DNA of 64,000 nt. Source: Bacteroidales bacterium (GTDB lineage: Bacteria > Bacteroidota > Bacteroidia > Bacteroidales > P3). This document shows, in pieces, positions 18,409 through 26,565 of this stretch. Below the pieces are notes generated by a model. The model saw nothing but the letters and a program-made list of their open reading frames with translations, was not told the origin of the DNA and made no database searches. Both the position numbers and the translations under genes were made by a program. Location: assembly GCA_017479705.1 (NCBI GenBank), contig JAFVCA010000050.1:3385-67384 (forward strand). Direction: 5' to 3'. The first letter of the stretch is position 1, and the number at the start of each line of letters is the position of its first letter.

Positions 18409-20102
18409 AATCATTAACCATTTACAATGACAATGGTGTTATTCGAGAAATTCCTTTTCACCAAGGTCTCAACCTCATTGTTGATAATACACCCAACGCC
18501 ACAACCGAAACTGGAAACAATGTCGGAAAAACAACGGTGCTAAAGTTAGTGGATTTTTGTTTGGGCAAAGATGCCGGTATAATTTATTCAGACCCTGCAA
18601 ATCCCAAAGTGGAACATAAAAATGTCAAGGAATTTCTGATTAATACAAATGTTGTCATTGAACTAATTCTAACAACTGATTTTGAAAGAAGAGATGTCGT
18701 TATTAAACGGAATTTCAAAAATCGCTCGAATGCTATTCGAGAGATAAATGGCGTTAATATTACAAATGAAGAAGATTATCCACAAGTTTTAGAACAAGCC
18801 ATTTGGGGGATTGAAAGTGACAAGCCTACATTCCGTCAAATCATTTCTCATAACATTCGCTATTCTGACCAAAATGTTTCGAATGTTTTAAAAACCCTGA
18901 ATCCATACACCTCTGATACAGAGTACGAATCTTTGTATCTATTCATGTTCGGTTGTAATTTCGAACATGGGAGTATCCGTCATCAAACATTGGAAAAACT
19001 AAAGGCTGACAAAAATTTCAAGACACGTCTGGAAAAAAGCAATAGCAAAAGTACCTATCTTTCACTTTTAGGACTTGTTGATGCTCGAATCGATGAGTTG
19101 CAAAAAAAGAAAGCCAAATTGAACATCAATCCGAACTTTGCAGCCGATATGGATGCTTTGAATGCCATAAAATATCAAATCAACAATCTAAGTTCTGAAA
19201 TCAGCACAACTCAATTGCGCCATGATATGATTCTTGAGGCGCAACGGGAATCGGAATCTCAAAAAGCAAACATTGACACCGCCCAACTAGCATTGATTTA
19301 CAAGCAAGCCAAAGTACTAATTCCAGATTTACAGCGCACTTTTGAAGAATTGGTCGCATACCACAACCAAATGCTTGACAACAAGGTGGGATTCATTTTG
19401 AAATCTTTGCCACGTATTAAGGAAAAACTTGATTCATTACAAAAAGAATTACGAAACCTGCTCATAAAAGAAGATGCTTTGACACAAAAAGTGGTTAAAT
19501 CCAATACGTATGACGAATTAGAAAATCTCATCAACGAATTAAATCAAAAACACCAAGAAAAGGGTGAATATGAGAATATTATCGAGCAAATAAACACAGT
19601 GGAGAATGAGATATTACAATCAGAAAACGAACTGAGAACCATTGATGACGACTTGTTTTCTGATTCATTTAAGAATCATGTTCAAGAGCAAGTTAACAAA
19701 TTCAATATTTTGTTTTCCCAGATATCCCGCCAAATCTATGACGAAGAATATGTCATTAGATTTGATTCTGTACTAAACAAAAAAACCGGAACTAATATCT
19801 ATAAGTTTTCTTCTTTTAATGCCAATCTTAGTACAGGAAAAAAAATGGGCGAAATATCTTGTTTCGACATTGCTTATACCATGTTCGCACGTCAAGAAAA
19901 CATTCCCCATTTGGATTTTATTTTGAACGATAAGAAAGAATTAATGAGCGACAACCAACTTATCCGTATCTCGAAAATAGTTGAAGAACAAAACATACAA
20001 TTTGTTGCTTCCATATTAAAAGACAAACTTCCTTCTGAAATCAATCAACCTAGACTATTTGTGGTGGAATTATCTCAGGACGACAAACTATTTAGAATCT
20101 AA
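18399..20102 (+). CDS. ABC-3C ABC ATPase (DUF2326 / YydD-like, coiled-coil insert)
   Basis: Start moved to the ATG at 18399 (MFIKSLTIYN), which is preceded by aggagaggagg. Walker A TGNNVGKTT, long central coiled coil, signature-like LSTGKK, Walker B-like LDFILND. Confidence 0.7.
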   Translation: MFIKSLTIYNDNGVIREIPFHQGLNLIVDNTPNATTETGNNVGKTTVLKLVDFCLGKDAGIIYSDPANPKVEHKNVKEFLINTNVVIELILTTDFERRDVVIKRNFKNRSNAIREINGVNITNEEDYPQVLEQAIWGIESDKPTFRQIISHNIRYSDQNVSNVLKTLNPYTSDTEYESLYLFMFGCNFEHGSIRHQTLEKLKADKNFKTRLEKSNSKSTYLSLLGLVDARIDELQKKKAKLNINPNFAADMDALNAIKYQINNLSSEISTTQLRHDMILEAQRESESQKANIDTAQLALIYKQAKVLIPDLQRTFEELVAYHNQMLDNKVGFILKSLPRIKEKLDSLQKELRNLLIKEDALTQKVVKSNTYDELENLINELNQKHQEKGEYENIIEQINTVENEILQSENELRTIDDDLFSDSFKNHVQEQVNKFNILFSQISRQIYDEEYVIRFDSVLNKKTGTNIYKFSSFNANLSTGKKMGEISCFDIAYTMFARQENIPHLDFILNDKKELMSDNQLIRISKIVEEQNIQFVASILKDKLPSEINQPRLFVVELSQDDKLFRI

Positions 20103-20116
20103 ATGAAGAAGTATTT

Positions 20117-21154
20117 ATGGCAGAGGAATATAAATATAAGGGTATCGACCTATTCTGTGGGATTGGAGGATTCCGTTTAGCGATGGAGGATAATAATGTT
20201 GACTGTGTCTTTTCGTCCGATATTGACCAATTTGCACAGCAAACATATCAAGCTAATTTTGGAGAAATCCCCGCTGGAGATATCACAAAAATTAGGGCTG
20301 CGGATATTCCAAAGTTTGATATTCTGGCAGCAGGTTTTCCTTGCCAGCCATTCAGCTATGCAGGACTTGGAAAAGGTTTCGAAGACAAGACACGAGGCAC
20401 ACTTTTCTTTGAAATATGCCGGATTTTGTCTTATCATAAACCCAAAATGTTTTTTTTGGAAAATGTGAAAGGGCTTGTTTCTCATAGAAACGGGGAAACC
20501 CTTTCTACTATTCTCTCATCGTTACAAGAGTTAGGATATGATGTTCATTGGAAAGTATTAAGCTCTTTAGATTATGGACTTCCTCAAAAAAGAGAACGTT
20601 GGTACTGTGTCGGTTTTGACAAGAAAACGACATTCCAATGGCCTGATAAAGTAAAGGGCAATCCAACTTTAAGAGATATTATTGATTTATCAGATGATAA
20701 CAAATCACTCAAACTTAGCAAGTTTGAAATGGACCGCATTGAATACCACTTTGCACATTGCAAGCAACAAGAAAGAGTACAACATGATAATTCAAAATAC
20801 AAACCTAATACAAAAAAAGGAAAATATGGTATCTTTTCATTCCAAAAACCTGACGGCTCATTGAGATTTCATGTAGGAGATGTGGCAAAAACCCAAATAC
20901 AAGAAGCATTCTATGCATGTTTAGACACATATGCACCAACCATAATAGCCGGAAGAACTCCTAAACTCTGGGATATTGGCAGAAAGCTTTCTATTCTTGA
21001 AGCAAAACGCTTACAGGGCTTCCCCGATGACTTTGTTATGCCGGTTTCCGATGTACAGGCATATAAGCAACTGGGGAACTCCGTCAGCGTGCCTATCATC
21101 AAGAAAATTATGAAAAATATGATTAAGGCATACGAAAATACAAACGAGAAATGA
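20117..21154 (+). CDS. dcm: DNA (cytosine-5)-methyltransferase
   Basis: 345 aa. Motif I DLFCGIGGF, motif IV GFPCQPFS, motif VI ENVKGL, motif VIII QKRERWYCVG, motif X GNSVSVP. Confidence 0.95.
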   Translation: MAEEYKYKGIDLFCGIGGFRLAMEDNNVDCVFSSDIDQFAQQTYQANFGEIPAGDITKIRAADIPKFDILAAGFPCQPFSYAGLGKGFEDKTRGTLFFEICRILSYHKPKMFFLENVKGLVSHRNGETLSTILSSLQELGYDVHWKVLSSLDYGLPQKRERWYCVGFDKKTTFQWPDKVKGNPTLRDIIDLSDDNKSLKLSKFEMDRIEYHFAHCKQQERVQHDNSKYKPNTKKGKYGIFSFQKPDGSLRFHVGDVAKTQIQEAFYACLDTYAPTIIAGRTPKLWDIGRKLSILEAKRLQGFPDDFVMPVSDVQAYKQLGNSVSVPIIKKIMKNMIKAYENTNEK

Positions 21155-22941
21155 AGTATTTTGATGTTAAAACTGTAGTAAATGCATACAATGGCTTTCA
21201 AGATTGTATGACAAATAAATCTTGGGGTTATCTTGCTCTACTAAAAGGAAGTAAAAGTAGTGTCCACCCTTCAACCCCATACGAAGTTGACTTGAATATA
21301 GTTTCCAACTTCTTAGAAGATATATTCAATTTGTCCCAATCAAAAAAAGAATATGAAGGAGGACGATTTCTATACGTAGTCTTTTCAAACAAATGGGACA
21401 AATATTTTAATGACCAAGGTAAATATATTCCTAATATTTATGATATAATTGTTTGGGCTTATCGTAGAAGAAGTTTTCCTGATAGTATCACTGAAGACCA
21501 TCTCCTTAATTTATTTTCGAACGATTTTAATATACCAACCAATGTAATACAAAATAGTTTCAACACAAAAAAGAAGTTTCTGTCTTTTGCTGACTCATTA
21601 TATTCAGAGAATGATTTAAAATCAGAATTAGGGAGAATTGGGGTTGACGTTTCTAAGAATAATATTGATGCAAAAAAACAAGCCATTGTTGCTGCTCCCG
21701 GAGAAATAAGCAGAGGGCCTTTTATTCAAACATTGTATGCGGGATTGGATATAACAGATTATGTAATAATATTACAATCAAACTACTATTCCCTATATGG
21801 TGCTGAAGAGACAAAAAGTAGTGATAAGAAAAAATACTCGACAGACAATACTCTTACTAGTTTATTTCTGACAAATGAAGTCTTTTCTTCAATCAAGTCT
21901 ACCGGTCTCATATATTCTGATACTCTTATCAAGCGCCTTGCCTTTTCGCTGATGGCTAAGCCTTTTGTTATCCTGAGTGGTTTGGCTGGGTCCGGGAAGA
22001 CGCAGTTGGCGTTGGCTTTTGCCAAATGTATGAGCAAGAATATTGAGGAGCAGGTTTGCACGGTTTCCATCGGGGCGGATTGGACGAACCGCGAGCCATT
22101 GCTGGGTTATCCCAATGCATTGAGAAGCGGCGAGTATGTGATGCCGGAAAGTGGCGTACTGCAATTGCTGATGCGTGCTGAATACGATCCCGCCAAGCCC
22201 TATTTCCTGATTCTTGACGAGATGAACCTCAGCGTGGTGGAACGTTACTTTGCCGATTTCCTCAGCGCTATGGAGTCAGGGGAGAAAATCAAACTCTGGG
22301 ATGGTGGTGAGGAGGTCCCTTCAGAAATATCGCTCCCCAAGAATGTTTTTGTCATCGGCACTATCAATGTGGACGAAACCACTTATATGTTCAGCCCCAA
22401 GGTGCTCGACCGCGCCAATGTGATTGAGTTCAAGATTGCACCAGAGGAGATGGAGCATTATCTAAACGAGAAGAAAGACATCCACCTTGAAAAGGCCTAC
22501 TCGGCCTGCGCTGATATGGCTGTGGATTTTGTGGAGAAAGCAAAGACCCAGATTGAGATAAAGAATGAAGGGGAAAAAGAAATTCTGCTCTCGTTCTTCA
22601 AGGAATTGAAACAGGTCAATGCTGAGTTTGGCTACCGCACGGTGAATGAAATATGCCGTTACCTCCACTTTGCTGGTGAAGATAAGGACGGACTACAGAG
22701 TGACGAAGCCATTGACACCGCCATCTTGCAAAAACTACTCCCCAAGCTGCATGGTTCCCGGAAGAAACAGGTGCCCGTGCTAACTGCCATGTGGAAACTT
22801 TGCCTGAAAGACGGCGCTGCCAAAGAAATAGATGCTGAGTATGACGTGACCGATTTCAAATATCCTGAGTCGGCCGAGAAGATTCAACGAATGTACCACG
22901 CTGTGGTGGACAACGGATTTACCAGTTTTGCAGAAGCTTAA
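21151..22941 (+). CDS. McrB-like AAA+ (AAA_5) GTPase/ATPase restriction subunit with unassigned N-terminal domain
   Basis: 596 aa. ATGA overlap with the dcm stop. Walker A GLAGSGKT, Walker B YFLILDEMN, GTINVDETT...LDRANVIEF is typical of the McrB/LlaJI.R1 family. Residues 1 to ~270 are unrecognised. Confidence 0.8.
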   Translation: MKYFDVKTVVNAYNGFQDCMTNKSWGYLALLKGSKSSVHPSTPYEVDLNIVSNFLEDIFNLSQSKKEYEGGRFLYVVFSNKWDKYFNDQGKYIPNIYDIIVWAYRRRSFPDSITEDHLLNLFSNDFNIPTNVIQNSFNTKKKFLSFADSLYSENDLKSELGRIGVDVSKNNIDAKKQAIVAAPGEISRGPFIQTLYAGLDITDYVIILQSNYYSLYGAEETKSSDKKKYSTDNTLTSLFLTNEVFSSIKSTGLIYSDTLIKRLAFSLMAKPFVILSGLAGSGKTQLALAFAKCMSKNIEEQVCTVSIGADWTNREPLLGYPNALRSGEYVMPESGVLQLLMRAEYDPAKPYFLILDEMNLSVVERYFADFLSAMESGEKIKLWDGGEEVPSEISLPKNVFVIGTINVDETTYMFSPKVLDRANVIEFKIAPEEMEHYLNEKKDIHLEKAYSACADMAVDFVEKAKTQIEIKNEGEKEILLSFFKELKQVNAEFGYRTVNEICRYLHFAGEDKDGLQSDEAIDTAILQKLLPKLHGSRKKQVPVLTAMWKLCLKDGAAKEIDAEYDVTDFKYPESAEKIQRMYHAVVDNGFTSFAEA

Positions 22942-22955
22942 TAACCGATTGGAGT

Positions 22956-23324
22956 ATGGCAAATGAAATAGTGAAAAAAGAGGTTGCGTTGCCAGATTCG
23001 GAACTGCTGACTCTTGCCGATAGGATTGTACGAGTGATTGAAGAAAGCAGATTGGCCTTAGCCATCAGCATCAATGAGACCATGAAGACAACCTATTGGA
23101 GAATAGGGCAGCATATTGTGGAATTTGAGCAGCAAGGCAATGCCCGCGCCAAATATGGGACATCGCTATTGACTAATCTTGCCAGAATACTCAGGGCAGA
23201 AGTGGGACGCGGATACAGTCGACCCAATCTGAACAATATGCGTAAGTTTTACCTGATGTATCCAAATTTTCAGACATCTGACAAATCCGATTCAATATGT
23301 CAGATGTCTGACAAATTAACCTGA
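22956..23324 (+). CDS. DUF1016_N-only ORF (N-terminal fragment of a YhcG-like PDDEXK nuclease)
   Basis: 122 aa. TYWRIGQHIVEFEQQGNARAKYGTSLLTNLARIL...YSRPNLNNMRKFYLMYP is typical of the YhcG N-terminal domain. The C-terminal PD-(D/E)XK half is absent. Confidence 0.6.
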   Translation: MANEIVKKEVALPDSELLTLADRIVRVIEESRLALAISINETMKTTYWRIGQHIVEFEQQGNARAKYGTSLLTNLARILRAEVGRGYSRPNLNNMRKFYLMYPNFQTSDKSDSICQMSDKLT

Positions 23325-23358
23325 TTACGCAAAATGGTGAAGACGATACTGATGTAGT

Positions 23359-25695
23359 ATGGATAAACCTCTTGAAATACCCATCAACAAACCGGAAGGT
23401 GTAAAACTGATAATATACCCTCTGTCATCGAATGCGAAAGTGTTTGAGGAGGAGCAGGCTGATGATTTGGGTGAAGCGAGATGGCAGCTGGTTGAGGGGG
23501 AGGATTATGAGTATGAGTTTCAAGGTGAGCATGGGCCAGCAGTAGGGTACTACTTTAAAGAGCATGAACTTGTTCGCCCATCAAAAAGTACTCCTTCGCG
23601 AGGGTTGATTAAGACAGGCATCTATGTTGGCTGCCTGACTTTGCCTGTTGCCAATCAATCGGGCTTTGAAACGGAAGTGAGCTTTGAGGTGCGTTCCGTA
23701 AAAGTGGATTACAGGGAGGATTATCGAAGCATGCTTCACGACATCACCAGACACTTTACGGATTTGGTAATGATGCAAGGTGCACCTGTCACACAACGGT
23801 TTGAAGTGGATGTCAATGAAGACGGAAAGACGCTATACCAGCAATTTGCATTTATGAGGTCCTTGGTGGACAGCGAAGGGTTTGAAGAAGCCCTGAACAA
23901 GATATTCTACAATCCTATCCATAAGTGGACAGGGACGACCGTAGAGAAAGACATCTGTGCAGTAAAAAGGCTTGGCCGACACGAAATAAAACAGATTGCA
24001 TCCAGCAAGAACCGACTGCCATTAAGTGATGGCCAGGGTATTGAGAGTGTACCACGCAGACTGAATGTTTCCTATAAGAAAGACACTGTCGATGTAGCTG
24101 AAAACCGTTTCGTAAAATATGTATTGCAATCGTTTGTTTCGTTTTGCAGCACCATCCAGCAATGCGACAACGCCAGCCCGAGACTGAAAAACGAGGCTGA
24201 GCTAACAGCCAAGAAACTGACAGGATGGCTTAGCCGCAGTTTCTTCCTTGAGGTGGCTAACCTGCAGGTCATGACACTGAACAGTCCTGCATTGCAAAGG
24301 AAAGACGGCTACAGGGAAGTGTTACAAGCCTGGATGATGTCAAAACTGGCAGCACATATAACGTGGAAAGGCGGCGACAATGTTTATCGGGCTGGAATGC
24401 GTAATGTGGCTGCACTATACGAGTATTGGGTATTCTTCAAGTTGCTTGACATAGTCAAAGAGGCATTCCATCTGGAACTAACAGAAGCAGATGAGAAGAA
24501 GTTGGTAAAAACCGACAAGGACAACATCAATCTTGAACTCAGACAAGGCCGCATGACAATGGTAGGTGGGGAGTTCCATGAAGCCTCCCGCACATTGAAA
24601 GTCAAACTGTATTATAATAGAACTTTCAAGGGGTCAAGTCAGTTATATGGTAGCGGTTCATGGACGACCGACATGCGGCCAGACTACACTTTATCAATTT
24701 GGCCTGGAAATATCAAAGAGACCGAAGCAGAAGAACAAGACCTCATCGTTCATATACATTTTGACGCAAAGTACAAGTTGGACAGAATTCTGCTTAATGA
24801 CAAAGACATCGATGAAATTCATACTTTCAATGATAGTGACGATGAAGACCTGACCGAAGATGAGCTGATTATGAATCAAGAGAAACTTGAGGCGGAAAAA
24901 GGCATTTACAAACGGGTAGATCTGCTTAAGATGCATGCTTACAAAGATGCAATCCGTCGCACCAGCGGGGCATACATTCTTTATCCCGGCACAGAAAACA
25001 AAAGACTCAGAGGTTTTCATGAAGTGTTACCTGGATTGGGAGCGTTCTGTCTCAGTCCAGACAGATTTGAACAAGATTCAAAGGAGATAGAACACTTCTT
25101 GCATGACATATTAGAGCACATGCTCAACAGAGCATCACAGCGTGAGCGTATGGCATATCATACTTATGAAATCCTCAAAGATGAGCCTTTGATGGTTTGT
25201 GAATCCTTGCCAGAGCCATATGGTGATAATCGTAATTTAATTCCGGAGGAGACTTTTGTGTTAATGGGTTCATTTCGCGACGAGAATCATTTGAAGTGGA
25301 TACTCAAAAACAAGATCTATAATACCAGAACAGGGACAAAGAACGGCTCCTTGAGATTGAAACAAGAAATCACAACAGCGAAATATGTCTTACTTCATAG
25401 TGATAGTAAACAACTCATGCTGAGGTTGGGCAACAAAGGTCCTCGAGTGATGTCGAAAGCGGTCTTGGAAAAAATGCCTTATTCTAGTTTGTACTCTCCA
25501 AACTCGGACTATTATGTTGTTTTTGATATCGCTAACGCAGAACCTGAAAAAGAGTTTAAGAATGTCCAATGGAATATCTACAAAATGGGTCAGGACGGGA
25601 TAATAAAACAAGGCCCTTTGAGTGCCGAGCCAGTAGGAGTGTCCTTGGCAACTTTAATGAAATACGTAATAAAAGAATACCCAAACACAGAATAA
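23359..25695 (+). CDS. McrC-like / DUF2357 PD-(D/E)XK restriction nuclease subunit with C-terminal extension
   Basis: 778 aa. Nuclease core MRPDYTLSIW ... HIHFDAKYK ... MHAYKDAIRRTSGAYILYPG follows the McrC-type D..(D/E)xK pattern. The last ~190 aa are unassigned. Confidence 0.7.
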   Translation: MDKPLEIPINKPEGVKLIIYPLSSNAKVFEEEQADDLGEARWQLVEGEDYEYEFQGEHGPAVGYYFKEHELVRPSKSTPSRGLIKTGIYVGCLTLPVANQSGFETEVSFEVRSVKVDYREDYRSMLHDITRHFTDLVMMQGAPVTQRFEVDVNEDGKTLYQQFAFMRSLVDSEGFEEALNKIFYNPIHKWTGTTVEKDICAVKRLGRHEIKQIASSKNRLPLSDGQGIESVPRRLNVSYKKDTVDVAENRFVKYVLQSFVSFCSTIQQCDNASPRLKNEAELTAKKLTGWLSRSFFLEVANLQVMTLNSPALQRKDGYREVLQAWMMSKLAAHITWKGGDNVYRAGMRNVAALYEYWVFFKLLDIVKEAFHLELTEADEKKLVKTDKDNINLELRQGRMTMVGGEFHEASRTLKVKLYYNRTFKGSSQLYGSGSWTTDMRPDYTLSIWPGNIKETEAEEQDLIVHIHFDAKYKLDRILLNDKDIDEIHTFNDSDDEDLTEDELIMNQEKLEAEKGIYKRVDLLKMHAYKDAIRRTSGAYILYPGTENKRLRGFHEVLPGLGAFCLSPDRFEQDSKEIEHFLHDILEHMLNRASQRERMAYHTYEILKDEPLMVCESLPEPYGDNRNLIPEETFVLMGSFRDENHLKWILKNKIYNTRTGTKNGSLRLKQEITTAKYVLLHSDSKQLMLRLGNKGPRVMSKAVLEKMPYSSLYSPNSDYYVVFDIANAEPEKEFKNVQWNIYKMGQDGIIKQGPLSAEPVGVSLATLMKYVIKEYPNTE

Positions 25696-25774
25696 CTATC
25701 AATATGGAGGCTTTTCCCCTTAGACAATTATTATTAGAGGTGTTTGATGAAACAATTCATAAAGGAACAATCCC

Positions 25775-26392
25775 ATGACCGACACGATGACACCGGAGCA
25801 GCGGCATCGCTGCATGTCGCACATACGCAGCCGCGACACCAAGCCTGAGCTGCGGGTGCGGCGTTGGCTGTGGAGCCATGGCTACCGCTACCGGCTGAAT
25901 GTGAAGAGCGTGCCGGGCAAGCCGGACATCGTCATGCGGCCTTATCGCACGGCGATATTTGTCAACGGATGCTTTTGGCATGGGCACGGCGTGGAAATTG
26001 AAAATTCAAAATTGAAAAGTGAAAAGGTTGTGGACTCCAGTGCTGCACAGATTGAGAACTCCGCATGCTGCAAGATTCCACAGACCAACCGGGAGTTCTG
26101 GCTCTCGAAGATCAGACGCAACCAGCAGCGCGACCAGCGCAACTATCGCCTTTTGCAGGAGAACGGTTGGCAGGTCATCGTGGTGTGGGAGTGCCAGCTT
26201 ACGCCCTCTACGATAGAACATACCATGCGCGGCGTGGAGCTGTTGCTCAACGAGAATATGCTCGCCCTCTACAGGCACACTCCCGCCACCTACACCCTTG
26301 CTGACGAGCCTCTCCCCCTCGCCGCTGAAGAAATTGAGCGGAGAACCTCCGCGGGTATTAATCTTAATGACTATCCGCATCATTCCGAATAG
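25775..26392 (+). CDS. vsr: Very short patch repair endonuclease Vsr, carrying an in-frame repeat insertion
   Basis: SRDTKPELRVRRWL, FVNGCFWHGH, IPQTNREFWLSKIRRNQQRD, IVVWECQL. GC-rich like the backbone. Confidence 0.9.
   Translation: MTDTMTPEQRHRCMSHIRSRDTKPELRVRRWLWSHGYRYRLNVKSVPGKPDIVMRPYRTAIFVNGCFWHGHGVEIENSKLKSEKVVDSSAAQIENSACCKIPQTNREFWLSKIRRNQQRDQRNYRLLQENGWQVIVVWECQLTPSTIEHTMRGVELLLNENMLALYRHTPATYTLADEPLPLAAEEIERRTSAGINLNDYPHHSE
25994..26026 (+). repeat. Heptamer array (TTGAAAA orientation) inside vsr
   Basis: gaaattgaaaattcaaaattgaaaagtgaaaag, translated as EIENSKLKSEK. Confidence 0.85.
26338..26352 (+). repeat. 15-nt GC hairpin repeat GCGGAGAACCTCCGC (inside the vsr 3' end)
   Basis: Exact copy. 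Translated as ERRTSAG, the same peptide as at the PnuC C-terminus. Confidence 0.9.
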
Positions 26393-26418
26393 GCCTTGGA
26401 GAGGCTTAATCCTATTAA

Positions 26419-26457
26419 CCCCAGAGTGCGAAAATCTCCGATTTTCGCACTCTGGGG
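26419..26457 (+). terminator. 18-bp perfect hairpin downstream of vsr
   Basis: ccccagagtgcgaaaatc-tcc-gattttcgcactctgggg. Confidence 0.6.
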
Positions 26458-26528
26458 CTAAGACAGCTATACCATTCGGCGTCCCGGAGAGACGCGACTT
26501 TAACACTTCGGTTCCTTGCGGATAATCG

Positions 26529-26565
26529 TTTCAATTTTCAATTTTCACCTTTCAATTTTCAATTG
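26529..26565 (+). repeat. Heptamer array (TTTTCAA-type), right flank of island + vsr
   Basis: tttcaattttcaattttcacctttcaattttcaattg. Confidence 0.9.

Noticed and set aside
16040-25770. Interpreting the AT-rich island as an integrative mobile element, prophage or ICE.
   Set aside because: No integrase, recombinase, transposase, relaxase or phage structural gene is present, and no tRNA or long direct repeat sits at the borders. Only the short ubiquitous heptamer arrays flank it, so a mobility mechanism cannot be asserted.
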